Shown piece after piece: positions 42,301 to 51,570 of a stretch of 64,000 bases of DNA. This stretch comes from an uncultured Flavobacteriales bacterium (GTDB taxonomy: Bacteria; Bacteroidota; Bacteroidia; Flavobacteriales; BACL11). The stretch is taken from assembly GCA_949372805.1 (NCBI GenBank), contig CASIBH010000002.1:6123-70122 (forward strand). The letters are read 5' to 3'. Position numbers and translations under genes: made by a program. The notes under the pieces are model-generated. The model did no database searches and was not told where the DNA came from. It was given only the letters and a program-made list of their open reading frames with translations. Numbering within the stretch: the stretch's first letter is position 1; the number at the start of each line of letters is the position of its first letter.

Positions 42301-43326
42301 ATCTACACAAGGTACATACATAATAGCTTCAGAATTAGATCCTGCACCAGAAGTTTCAGTATACATATAGAAAGAACCATCAAAAGCTCCAGCAGGACCA
42401 GTTGAACCAGAACCAGTAGGTCCAGTTTGGTTTGTCCATCCCACAGTATTGTTAGGGTCTAGCATCCAAGTACTTCCTTGACCAGCTTCAAAGCTTTCTG
42501 AAGTATCAGTATCTATACAAGGGTATAGACATGATCCATCGTCTGTATTTGCAAGAGCATCATAGTTAGATGCGCCAGGGTCAGTACAACCAAAGATTGC
42601 AGGTAAGCACATTGTTCCAGTGTAAGGAGCACCTCCTGAAGAAACTACAGTACCAGTAAGGTCTGTTAGAGTCCAAGAAACTTCACTTGCAAAAGATCCA
42701 CCAAGAACTGTTACATCGTAGCAGCCATCAGGAACACATACTGTATCAACGCCTAAAGATCCACTAGGTAATGTATTAGAGTAAAAATTAGTACCACTTG
42801 TTTGCTCATTTAAAGCAAAAGTGAAACCATTCCATCCATCACCATATGAGTCCATCATAGTAAGAATTAGGTCAGTACAGTTTGAGTATGTACATGAACC
42901 ATCATCAACTATAGCATTAGCGTCATAGTTATCAGCATTTGGGTCAGTACATCCAGCTGGGCCGAAGCACAGTAGGTCTGATCCAAATGATCCGGTTAGT
43001 AGACCTCCTGTATACAGAATATTACCAGTTAATGAATCTAAAACAGTGTAAGAACCACCGTTCCATCCATCACCAAATGAATCATACATATTCATGTCGT
43101 AACATCCGTCTACAAGGTCAATATAGTTATTATCTGTATAACCGTTACTGTAAGTACCACCGGACAATATAATTGTCCCAGTAGCATCTGACAGATCCCA
43201 GGTTAATTCAGAACCATATGAACCAGAGTAAATCTGTACATTCACTACTGTTGCAGAAACCGTTGACACCATAAGTGCAAACGATGCAACAAGAGCAAAC
43301 ATCATTTTGTTAAACTTGTTTTTCAT
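35388..43326 (-). CDS. Giant (~2,645 aa) T9SS type A surface protein, adhesin/S-layer-like; one indel near 41705-41712 joins ORFs 41698-43377 and 35388-41714
   Basis: Likely start MKNKFNKMMFALVASFALMVSTVSA (signal peptide) at 43326. MAM domain, DSxGDGWNG modules, SprB-like repeats, 18 GCxD linkers, FN3-like cassette, VYPNPSRD...KKLIIQ CTD. The paralog 15650-19903 reads continuously across the break (FEGG...AYAN..H). Confidence 0.88.
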
Positions 43327-43364
43327 AATAGTTAGTTTAGTTATTAAAATTGTTATTAAAATGC

Positions 43365-43491
43365 AAAAAACCACCACACTCTAGTGCAATGGCTTCAATA
43401 CATTCGTTAGGAATAAATGATAAAAATAGGTGGCAATTAAGACACGAATTCAACATCAGTGGAAGCTGATTAGAGCTATTTTTCATCATTT
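43365..43491 (-). promoter_or_regulatory. Candidate structured 5' leader with terminator-like hairpin upstream of the giant gene
   Basis: AAAUGAU(G)AAAAAUAG pairs with CUAUUUUUAUCAUUU around an AUCAG/CUGAU hairpin. It is followed by AGCCAUUGCAC-UAGA-GUGUGGUGGUU plus a U-run about 40 nt before the ATG. Confidence 0.45.
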
Positions 43492-43925
43492 TTAAAACTT
43501 GTTTTTAAGTCAACATCGCTTTTTCCTAAGAGTCTTCCTTATCTTTCCAGGATCTTCATAAAAACAATTAAAATTGCATTCATAATCAGAAAACTCCATT
43601 CAAAATCTCATAAATATCACCCAAAACTTCATCAATTCTAAGCTTTACTATGTGAGACCTTGTAAATCTAATTATATTTTTTTAAAAAATGAAGTAATTT
43701 ATCTAGTAAATTAATGTTTTAATGAATTAAATTACTTAAGTCATTGATAATTAGATTGTTGTAATTAATTTTCTTTTATAAATATTAAGAATCTGATGTT
43801 CATAACTTCACTATAGGGTTTTATACAATAAAGTATAATGAATTTAAGCTCTATAAAAACTAAAGATTTTTACTTAAATATTCTGTGATAAAAGAAATTA
43901 TTTACTTTCGCTAAATATTAAAAAA

Positions 43926-45827
43926 ATGATGATGTCAAAAAGAATTAAATATTTACTTATACTTTGTTGTTTCTCTACTTCTTTAGTATTCTCTCAGGAT
44001 AAAACTATCTCAAAAAAATTAGGTGAAGTTATTGTCAGTGAGAATAGAGCTTCAAGCTCAGAAAATATTACTAATGTATTTGTAATTAGTGCCAAGGAAA
44101 TTAAGGATGCTCCAGTTCAAACAATTGAAGATTTACTAGAATATGCTATTAATGTTGATGTCAGACAGCGCTCGGGTCAAGGAGTTCAGTCAGATGTTAG
44201 TATTAGGGGAGGATCTTTTGAGCAGGTTTTAATTATGCTTAACGGAATAAAATTTAATGATCCCCAAACTGGCCATCATAATATGAATATACCTATATCT
44301 ATAGAGCAAATTAAGCGCATAGAAGTTTTAACTGGAGGAGCCTCTAGAGTTTTTGGAAACTACGCCTACACAGGAGCAATTAATATTATTACTAAAAGAA
44401 AGACTAAATCATCATTAATTGTTAGTGGTGGAGAAAATAATTTTCAGTTTGGTGAACTAAACTATTCAAAAAAAATAAATTCTATTTATAACAACCTTTC
44501 TATTTCCTCAAAATCCTCTGACGGATATATTAAAGGGATGGATTATAAAATTAATAATCTTTACTACCAGGCAAATACTCAGTTAAACTCTGTCTTTGCT
44601 CTCTTTAATTTTGGTATAATAGATAAAGAATTTGGGGCATATAATTTTTATACTCCTGCTTACCCTGATCAGTTTGAAAAAACTAAAACAACTTTTGCTT
44701 CATTACAATTTAAAAGAAGTGGCAAAATATCTCTGCATAATAAATTTTACTGGAGAATGCATAATGATGACTTTACCCTTTTTAGAGATAACCCCCAATG
44801 GTATCAGAATTTCCATCAGACAAATGTTTATGCTATGGAATCTAATGCCATACACAAAACAAAAAATGGATCCAATGTTATTGGAATGGAGATTCGTACA
44901 GATCAAATATTAAGTAATGTATTAGGGGAGGACTTAGAAAATCCAATTGCAGTAGATAACGATAGTAACTACTATTATAAGGGAAAATCTGAAACTACTA
45001 CAAGTCTGTTTATTGAGAAAAATATAAATTTTGATAAAGTAAGCATATCCACAGGGGTAATGCTAAATATAAATTCTGTTTATGGAAATAATTATTTTCC
45101 TGGTATTGATATATCCTATAGCTTAAGTGATAATATAAAGGTTTTCTCTTCCTATAATGAATCCATGAGAGCGCCAAATTACACGGAGAGATACTATTCT
45201 TCTCCTACATATGAAGGAAATAAATATCTCAAAAGTGAGTACTCAAAAAATATGGAGTTTGGAATAAGCTTTAAAAACGATTTCCATACTTCCTCATTTA
45301 CCTTATATAAAAGAGAGGGGCAAGATATGATTGATTGGATTCTTTTAGATGGTGATAGCCTTTGGCGCACAGCCAATTTATCTGTGGTGAACTGTAGTGG
45401 GTATGAATTGAGTTCAAATATTAAATTAAACAAAATTCTTGGCCCAAAATTTCCTTTTAGCAGATTATCTCTTAACTACAGCTTTAATGATTTAGACTCC
45501 TCCAGTATTGGATTTCAATCTGCTTATGTTTTAGATAATATAAGAGAGAAATTGTCATTAAGTACTACCCAGAGAATAGGTAATAGAACAGTAATAAATT
45601 GGCGCGCTAATATGCAAGATAGGGAAGGGTCTTATATAGACTTTGTTTCTCAAGAAGAAATTGATTATGCTAGCTTTTGGCTTTTCTCAGCAAGGATCTC
45701 ACACACATTTGCCAAGAAAACAATTTTTGCAGAAATAAATAATATTTCAGATAATAATTATGTTGATTATGGTAATGTGCCCCAGCCAGGAAGATGGATG
45801 CGTCTAGGTTTGAAACTACCTCTCTAA
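43926..45827 (+). CDS. TonB-dependent receptor (BtuB-like plug and barrel)
   Basis: EVIVS TonB-box-like segment; plug SIRGG..EQVL..LNG...NDPQTGHH, RIEVL.G.AS..FG..A..GAINIIT; C-terminal N...Y.DYG.VPQPGRW..LG. Confidence 0.92.
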   Translation: MMMSKRIKYLLILCCFSTSLVFSQDKTISKKLGEVIVSENRASSSENITNVFVISAKEIKDAPVQTIEDLLEYAINVDVRQRSGQGVQSDVSIRGGSFEQVLIMLNGIKFNDPQTGHHNMNIPISIEQIKRIEVLTGGASRVFGNYAYTGAINIITKRKTKSSLIVSGGENNFQFGELNYSKKINSIYNNLSISSKSSDGYIKGMDYKINNLYYQANTQLNSVFALFNFGIIDKEFGAYNFYTPAYPDQFEKTKTTFASLQFKRSGKISLHNKFYWRMHNDDFTLFRDNPQWYQNFHQTNVYAMESNAIHKTKNGSNVIGMEIRTDQILSNVLGEDLENPIAVDNDSNYYYKGKSETTTSLFIEKNINFDKVSISTGVMLNINSVYGNNYFPGIDISYSLSDNIKVFSSYNESMRAPNYTERYYSSPTYEGNKYLKSEYSKNMEFGISFKNDFHTSSFTLYKREGQDMIDWILLDGDSLWRTANLSVVNCSGYELSSNIKLNKILGPKFPFSRLSLNYSFNDLDSSSIGFQSAYVLDNIREKLSLSTTQRIGNRTVINWRANMQDREGSYIDFVSQEEIDYASFWLFSARISHTFAKKTIFAEINNISDNNYVDYGNVPQPGRWMRLGLKLPL

Positions 45828-45969
45828 CAGTATTTTAACCCCTTTTTTTAATTGTTAATAAAGCATCAAATTCTTAATAGTTTTTATTTCAAGAATTATA
45901 ATTATCATAATATATTTGCCGCGAAATTAAAGTTTCATTATAGCTTTAAATAATTGTGTAAATAGATAA

Positions 45970-46239
45970 TTGAAGATGGTAAGTTTTGTAGTAGGGGCAT
46001 TATTGGTTACATTATTAATTCCCTTAAACGATTTAGTTTTATTGCTGGCCAAAAAAAACCCTAAGATGACCATGGGTATAGGCTTTGGTATGATTGCCTT
46101 TGACATGCTAATTACCCTTGTATATGGTTTTTTGTTAAAGAATGAAATGGCTGATAACAAGCTATTTATTGCAGGCCTTCTTTTAGCAATATTTTTTGCT
46201 ATGGTAGATAAAATAAAGAAGTTTCTAAAGTCTAAGTAA
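45970..46239 (+). CDS. Small hypothetical membrane protein (start may be ATG 45976)
   Basis: Three hydrophobic segments and a basic C-terminus; TATATTTG box at 45911. Confidence 0.5.
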   Translation: MKMVSFVVGALLVTLLIPLNDLVLLLAKKNPKMTMGIGFGMIAFDMLITLVYGFLLKNEMADNKLFIAGLLLAIFFAMVDKIKKFLKSK

Positions 46240-46360
46240 ATTTCACTAGTAAAAACTTTTTTTAACCATTTATTCTCAATCACCTATTTAGAATAATTAT
46301 TAATTAGTTCCTTCCAGGCTTTTAGAAGTTTATCTTCAGAATTGGTTCAGAATTCAAAGG

Positions 46361-46368
46361 TAAATTTG
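46361..46368 (+). promoter_or_regulatory. Bacteroidota -7 element of the hem operon
   Basis: TAAATTTG ending 24 nt before the hemA ATG. Confidence 0.6.
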
Positions 46369-46391
46369 CTATGTTTTAAATTAAACACTAG

Positions 46392-47654
46392 ATGATAGGT
46401 CTGATTAGTATAAATTATAAGCATGCCCCCGTAGAAGTTAGAGAAAGGTTTGATTTCTCTGATTCACAAAAATTAGAATTCCACCAAATTTTAAGAAATA
46501 ACTATGATGTTGAAGGGTTAATGATACTCTCTACATGCAATAGAACAGAAATTTACTTTGAATATGAAAATCATATTGGCCAGGAAAGTAAAATTATGCA
46601 CGGTATTTTAAAGGCTCTTGTAGATTATAAATCATTTTTTGAAAGTCTTTCTCCATTCATAAATAAAAAAACAGGTATAGATGTTTCTAAACATCTTTTC
46701 AGACTTGTTTCAGGTCTTGAATCCATGATTGTAGGCGAATATCAAATTGTGGAACAAATTAAAGAAGCCTTTTCTTTCGCCAAAACAAATGATATGCTTG
46801 GGCCTATTATTAGTAGAATGGTTCAGAAATCCTTTGAAGCAGGTAAATATATTAGAACAAATACCTTGATAGATAAAGGAGCTGTTTCCGTTAGTTATGC
46901 TGCTGTAGAGAAAATTTCTAGACTTTTTGACCTTAAAAAATCTAGTGTTCTAGCAGTTGGGGCTGGAGAGACCTCAATTTTAACTATTCAGCATCTACAA
47001 AAAAAGGAAATAAAGAATCTTGCTATCACCAATAGAAGTATTGAAAAAGCAAAAGAAATTGCTGGTGAGTATTCTCTGGAAATAAAAGATTTTTCGGATT
47101 TAAATTCTCACTTAAATGACTTTGATGTAGCTATATTCTCAACTTCTGCTAAAGTAGAGCTTCTTAGTTTCTCTTCTGTTCAGCAGACTATGGAGCAAAG
47201 AAATTATAAGCCTCTTTTACTTGTTGATTTGTGTGTGCCAAGGAATTTACCTAGCGCTATCTCTGAAATAAAAGGAGTAGAGCTCATTAATATTGATGGC
47301 CTAAAAGATTTGGTTAATGAAAATTATAATAAAAGAAAATCACAAATTTCTAAGGCAGAAGAGTTTATTGATTTTTTCTTATTAGAATTTGATGATTGGA
47401 CAACTTCAAGGCAGCTTCGTCCCTCTATTCTGTCTTTAAATGATCAGTTTAATTCTCTATTAAATTCTGATTTAGAGAGATGTAAATGTTGTTCCCTTCC
47501 TTTAAAAGATTGTAAAAATTTCTCTGACCAACACACAAGAATAAAAAAGAAATTTTTAAGTAATCTTATCAAGAAAATTAAAAATGTTAGTGACAACGGT
47601 AGAGATGAAGAAGTTTTAGAGGTTATAAACAAGATATTTACCGATGAAAGATAG
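46392..47654 (+). CDS. hemA: Glutamyl-tRNA reductase
   Basis: LSTCNRTEIY, GLESMIVGE.QI..Q, SVSYAA, GAGE and DL.VPR motifs. Confidence 0.97.
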   Translation: MIGLISINYKHAPVEVRERFDFSDSQKLEFHQILRNNYDVEGLMILSTCNRTEIYFEYENHIGQESKIMHGILKALVDYKSFFESLSPFINKKTGIDVSKHLFRLVSGLESMIVGEYQIVEQIKEAFSFAKTNDMLGPIISRMVQKSFEAGKYIRTNTLIDKGAVSVSYAAVEKISRLFDLKKSSVLAVGAGETSILTIQHLQKKEIKNLAITNRSIEKAKEIAGEYSLEIKDFSDLNSHLNDFDVAIFSTSAKVELLSFSSVQQTMEQRNYKPLLLVDLCVPRNLPSAISEIKGVELINIDGLKDLVNENYNKRKSQISKAEEFIDFFLLEFDDWTTSRQLRPSILSLNDQFNSLLNSDLERCKCCSLPLKDCKNFSDQHTRIKKKFLSNLIKKIKNVSDNGRDEEVLEVINKIFTDER

Positions 47655-48576
47655 TCTTGTTATTGGAACTAGAGGAAGTAAGTTAGCCTTATACCAAGCT
47701 AATCTTGTTAAAGAGGAGCTTTTAAGTTTTTTTCCAAAAAAAGATATTTCTATAAAAATTATTAAAACAAAAGGAGATCAGCTAATAGAGAAATCTCTTA
47801 CCTCTTTATTAGATAAAGGTTTTTTTACTAAAGAAATCCAAGATCAATTATATGCTGGTGATATAGATTTAGCTGTTCATAGTCTAAAAGACCTGCCAAC
47901 AGAGCTCCCCTTTCAAAGTAATATTGGCGCTATCCTTAAAAGAGAAGATCATAGAGATGTTTTTATAAGTAGCAACCATAAAGCTTTAAGTGAATTTTCA
48001 TCTAGTGATATAATTGGTACATCATCATTAAGAAGAAAAACTCAGCTCTTAAAATATAATCCATCTCTTAATATCAAGGAAATAAGAGGTAATGTTGATA
48101 CGAGAATAAATAAAATGTTACAGGGGGATTATGATGCTATTGTTATGGCTGCAGCGGGAGTAAAAAGATTAGGCCTTCAAAAGTATATTACTGATTACTT
48201 TGATACTGATCTTATGCTTACAGCCCCAGGTCAGGGAGCTATAGCTGTTGAAGTTAGATCTGATGATCCTATAACAAAAGATATTGTATCTAAAATAAAT
48301 GATGAGTCCACTCAAGTATGCGTAAATACTGAGCGTGACTTTTTAAGAAAACTTGGGGGAGGCTGTCAGGTTCCTTTTGCTTCTCATGCAGAAATAACTG
48401 GCTCAAGTATTACTATTGATGCCCTTGTTAATTCATTGGATGGAAAACAAAGTTTTAGAGAACAAAAAACTGTTGATTTAAACCAAGTACATATCCTTGG
48501 AGAGAATATTGCAGACACGATCTTATTAAAAGGTGCAGATAGCATTATTGAAGAGCTTAAAAAATCTAATATTTAA
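47644..48576 (+). CDS. hemC: Hydroxymethylbilane synthase (porphobilinogen deaminase)
   Basis: IGTRGSKLAL.Q, AVHSLKD.P, GTSSLRR, RGNVDTR, APGQGA and GGCQVP motifs. Confidence 0.97.
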   Translation: MKDSLVIGTRGSKLALYQANLVKEELLSFFPKKDISIKIIKTKGDQLIEKSLTSLLDKGFFTKEIQDQLYAGDIDLAVHSLKDLPTELPFQSNIGAILKREDHRDVFISSNHKALSEFSSSDIIGTSSLRRKTQLLKYNPSLNIKEIRGNVDTRINKMLQGDYDAIVMAAAGVKRLGLQKYITDYFDTDLMLTAPGQGAIAVEVRSDDPITKDIVSKINDESTQVCVNTERDFLRKLGGGCQVPFASHAEITGSSITIDALVNSLDGKQSFREQKTVDLNQVHILGENIADTILLKGADSIIEELKKSNI

Positions 48577-48579
48577 GCT

Positions 48580-49305
48580 ATGAAAGTTAGAGATATTATA
48601 CTTACAAATAGTGGCGATACTTCATCTTTTAATTCTCTTATAGATAGCGGCTTTGTTTTGCATCATTATCCAATGATTGAAATTTTTCATCAAGAACTAA
48701 GACCTTTTTCTCTTGATCAGTATGACTTTTATGTTTTTACTAGCAAGAATGGTGTAGATTCATTTTTTAATGCTCCATTTATAAAGGTTCAATATGAAAA
48801 GAAAATCTCTACTATATGTCTGGGAGAAAAAACAGCAAAAAAAATTAGAGAGTTTGGAGTTGTTCCTTCATTTATTTCTACTTCTAATTATTCAAAAGAT
48901 CTCTCTAAAGAACTCTTAAAAATAGATCTCTTAAAAAATAAGAAAGTTCTCTTAGTTCAAGGAAATCTTGCTAGTGATTTACTATACAATAATTTAAAAA
49001 ATATTTGTAATGTAGAGAGAGTAAATTCCTATTCAACTCTTATTCAAGAAAACTTAAATAATGATTTAAATAGTTTAATTGAAAATATGAATTCTATATC
49101 AATATTTTCAAGTCCTTCATCCTTTGAAGGTTTTGAAAAATTTTATGATATATCAAAAACAAATATTGTTTCTATTGGAAAGACTACTACAAATTATATT
49201 AAAAGTAAGGGGTTTAATCCAATAATAACATCAAAAAATCAGAGTTTTGAATCTTTATCTAAAGAAATTATTAATTATTTTAATCTAGATATAATTAACA
49301 TATGA
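48580..49305 (+). CDS. hemD: Uroporphyrinogen-III synthase
   Basis: P.IEI, VFTSKNGV, G.KTA, FSSPS and SIG.TT motifs; position in the operon. Confidence 0.88.
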   Translation: MKVRDIILTNSGDTSSFNSLIDSGFVLHHYPMIEIFHQELRPFSLDQYDFYVFTSKNGVDSFFNAPFIKVQYEKKISTICLGEKTAKKIREFGVVPSFISTSNYSKDLSKELLKIDLLKNKKVLLVQGNLASDLLYNNLKNICNVERVNSYSTLIQENLNNDLNSLIENMNSISIFSSPSSFEGFEKFYDISKTNIVSIGKTTTNYIKSKGFNPIITSKNQSFESLSKEIINYFNLDIINI

Positions 49306-50273
49306 GCTATCCTAAAACAAGATTAAGAAGACTAAGATATAATCCTTTACTAAGGGATTTAGTAAGGGAAACACAGCTTTCTACAAATGATCTTATTTAT
49401 CCATTATTTGTATGTGAGGGTGAGAATATAAAAAATGAAATCCCTTCTATGCCTTCACAATATCAACTTTCAATTGATAATCTTTTGCTTGAATGTAAAA
49501 GAGCTATATCAAAAGGAATAAAGAGTATACTATTATTTGGTATTCCAAAAGTTAAAGATGAAGAAGGTCATCTTGCTTGCTCCCAAAGTAGTATTGTTCA
49601 AAAGGCAATACTAGAGATTAGAAAAGAAAATTTAGATATTCTAGTGATTGCAGATGTGTGTAATTGCGAATATACTACCCACGGACATTGTGGTACAATT
49701 GTTGATGGTGATGTTGATAATGATTTAACTTTAATAACATTAGCTAAACAAGCCGTTTCACTGGCTCAAGCTGGTGCAGATATTATTGCTCCCTCTGATA
49801 TGATGGATGGTAGGGTAGCAGCAATAAGAGAAGCTTTAGATAATGCAGGCTTTTTAAAAATACCTATTCTTTCATACGCAGTAAAATATTCTTCTGCTTT
49901 TTATGGTCCTTTTAGAGATGCTGCCCAGAGTAGCCCTAAGTTTTTTGATAGAAAAACTTACCAAATGGATACCGCCAACTCTAGTGAGGCTATAAGAGAA
50001 ATACAAGAAGATTTAAATGAAGGAGCAGATATGATAATGGTAAAACCTGCTTTAAGCTATTTAGATATTATCTATAGGGTAAAACAATATTCTCATGTTC
50101 CAGTTGTTGCATATAGTGTTAGCGGGGAATATGCCATGGTAAAAGCTGCTTCTGAAAAAAAATGGATAGACCAAATGAGTGCTGCAATGGAAATAATCAC
50201 CTCTATAAAAAGGGCAGGAGCAGATATTATTATTACTTATTATGCTCTTAGAGATAGCAGATTTTTTAAATAA
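49302..50273 (+). CDS. hemB: Porphobilinogen synthase (ALA dehydratase), Zn-binding type
   Basis: RLRRLR, DVCNCEYTTHGHCG, APSDMMDGR, FYGPFRDAA, MVKPA, SGEYAM. Removing one base near 50248 would give ...ALEIADFLNKK* ending at 50280, adjacent to hemL. Confidence 0.97.
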   Translation: MSYPKTRLRRLRYNPLLRDLVRETQLSTNDLIYPLFVCEGENIKNEIPSMPSQYQLSIDNLLLECKRAISKGIKSILLFGIPKVKDEEGHLACSQSSIVQKAILEIRKENLDILVIADVCNCEYTTHGHCGTIVDGDVDNDLTLITLAKQAVSLAQAGADIIAPSDMMDGRVAAIREALDNAGFLKIPILSYAVKYSSAFYGPFRDAAQSSPKFFDRKTYQMDTANSSEAIREIQEDLNEGADMIMVKPALSYLDIIYRVKQYSHVPVVAYSVSGEYAMVKAASEKKWIDQMSAAMEIITSIKRAGADIIITYYALRDSRFFK

Positions 50274-50280
50274 AAAATAA

Positions 50281-51570
50281 ATGAAATTAGATAATAGTAT
50301 TAATGAATTTAAGTTAGCACAAGAAGTAATTCCCGGTGGAGTTAATTCCCCCGTTAGAGCTTTTAAAAGTGTTCATTGTTCCCCTATTTTTATTTCTAAA
50401 GCTAAAGGAAGTAAGATTTTTGATATCGATGGAAACGAATATATTGATTTTGTTTCTTCATGGGGCCCAATGATTCTTGGCCATGCTCATGATGATGTTT
50501 TAGATGCCATTAATACTACTGCAGCAAATGGTACCAGCTATGGTGCTCCAACAAGATTGGAGACTCTAATGGCTCAAAAGATCATAAGTATGATTCCTTC
50601 TGTTGAAAAAGTAAGGATGGTTAACTCTGGAACGGAAGCAACGATGAGTGCCATTAGACTGGCAAGGGGTTTTACAAAGAAGGAAGCAATTATTAAATTC
50701 TCAGGAAATTATCATGGCCATGGCGATAGCTTTTTAATTAAAGCAGGTTCTGGAGCTCTTACATTGGGTCTGCCGGATAGCCCTGGAGTAACAAAAAATA
50801 CTGCTAAAGATACATTGATAGCGGAATATAATGATTTAGATTCTGTAGAGAAATTACTAAAAGAGAAAATAGATGGTGTAGCGGCAATTATTGTTGAGCC
50901 TGTAGCAGGAAATATGGGTCTTGTACTTCCCAATAAAACTTTTTTACAAGGACTTAGGGATTTATCGGATAAATATAATTGTGTACTAATATTTGATGAA
51001 GTCATGACAGGTTTTCGACTCGCTCCTGGAGGCGCTCAAGAATACTATAATGTTAAAGCAGATTTAACAACTTTAGGTAAAATTATTGGTGGTGGTCTGC
51101 CAGTTGGAGCTTATGGTGGAAAAAAGGAGATAATGGATTTTTTAGCTCCAAATGGTCCTGTTTATCAGGCTGGAACACTTTCAGGTAATCCACTGGCTAT
51201 GTCAGCGGGGCTTACTGTCTTAAATAAACTTGATTATAATTTTTATGCAAACCTTGAGTATATATCAAGTAAAATTCATCAAGGCTTACTTAATAATATT
51301 AAAGAGACCAATACAAATGCCATAGTAAATAGAAATGGCTCAATGCTTACTCTTTTCTTTACCGATTTAGATGGAATCAATAACTATGAGGACGCTATAA
51401 AATGTGACACAGAAAAGTTTGCTGACTACTTTCAGATTATGTTAGAACAAGGAATTTATCTTCCTCCTTCACCTTACGAATGTTTGTTCTTCTCTTCATC
51501 CTTAGATGATAATGATATAAATAAATTTATTAATGCTAATAAAATAGCACTTGAAAAGTTAAAAAAATGA
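50281..51570 (+). CDS. hemL: Glutamate-1-semialdehyde 2,1-aminomutase
   Basis: PGGVNSPVRAF, VNSGTEATM, YHGH.D, FDEVMTGFR, GKIIGGGLPVG and QAGTLSGNP motifs. Confidence 0.98.
   Translation: MKLDNSINEFKLAQEVIPGGVNSPVRAFKSVHCSPIFISKAKGSKIFDIDGNEYIDFVSSWGPMILGHAHDDVLDAINTTAANGTSYGAPTRLETLMAQKIISMIPSVEKVRMVNSGTEATMSAIRLARGFTKKEAIIKFSGNYHGHGDSFLIKAGSGALTLGLPDSPGVTKNTAKDTLIAEYNDLDSVEKLLKEKIDGVAAIIVEPVAGNMGLVLPNKTFLQGLRDLSDKYNCVLIFDEVMTGFRLAPGGAQEYYNVKADLTTLGKIIGGGLPVGAYGGKKEIMDFLAPNGPVYQAGTLSGNPLAMSAGLTVLNKLDYNFYANLEYISSKIHQGLLNNIKETNTNAIVNRNGSMLTLFFTDLDGINNYEDAIKCDTEKFADYFQIMLEQGIYLPPSPYECLFFSSSLDDNDINKFINANKIALEKLKK

Noticed and set aside
35388-43000. CRISPR-like array from recurring catgaaccatcatc-type motifs
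   Set aside because: These are degenerate, irregularly spaced, in-frame codons of the DDGSC protein repeat, and no cas genes are present.
43327-43377. Upstream GTG start of the giant gene given in the ORF track
   Set aside because: It lies within the leader hairpin. ATG 43326 has an A-rich context and gives a clean signal peptide.
43530-43560. SAM-I riboswitch (minus strand CTGGAAAGATAAGG resembles its 3' P1 strand)
   Set aside because: No matching 5' CTTATC strand or GAGGGA/GCAACC core upstream, and the downstream gene is unrelated to methionine.
43926-45827. Heme or B12 specificity for the TonB receptor; cobalamin riboswitch upstream
   Set aside because: No FRAP/NPNL heme-receptor pair was recognised beyond a weak RAPN/N.YL resemblance, and no riboswitch core was found upstream. 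Proximity to hem genes is not evidence of substrate.
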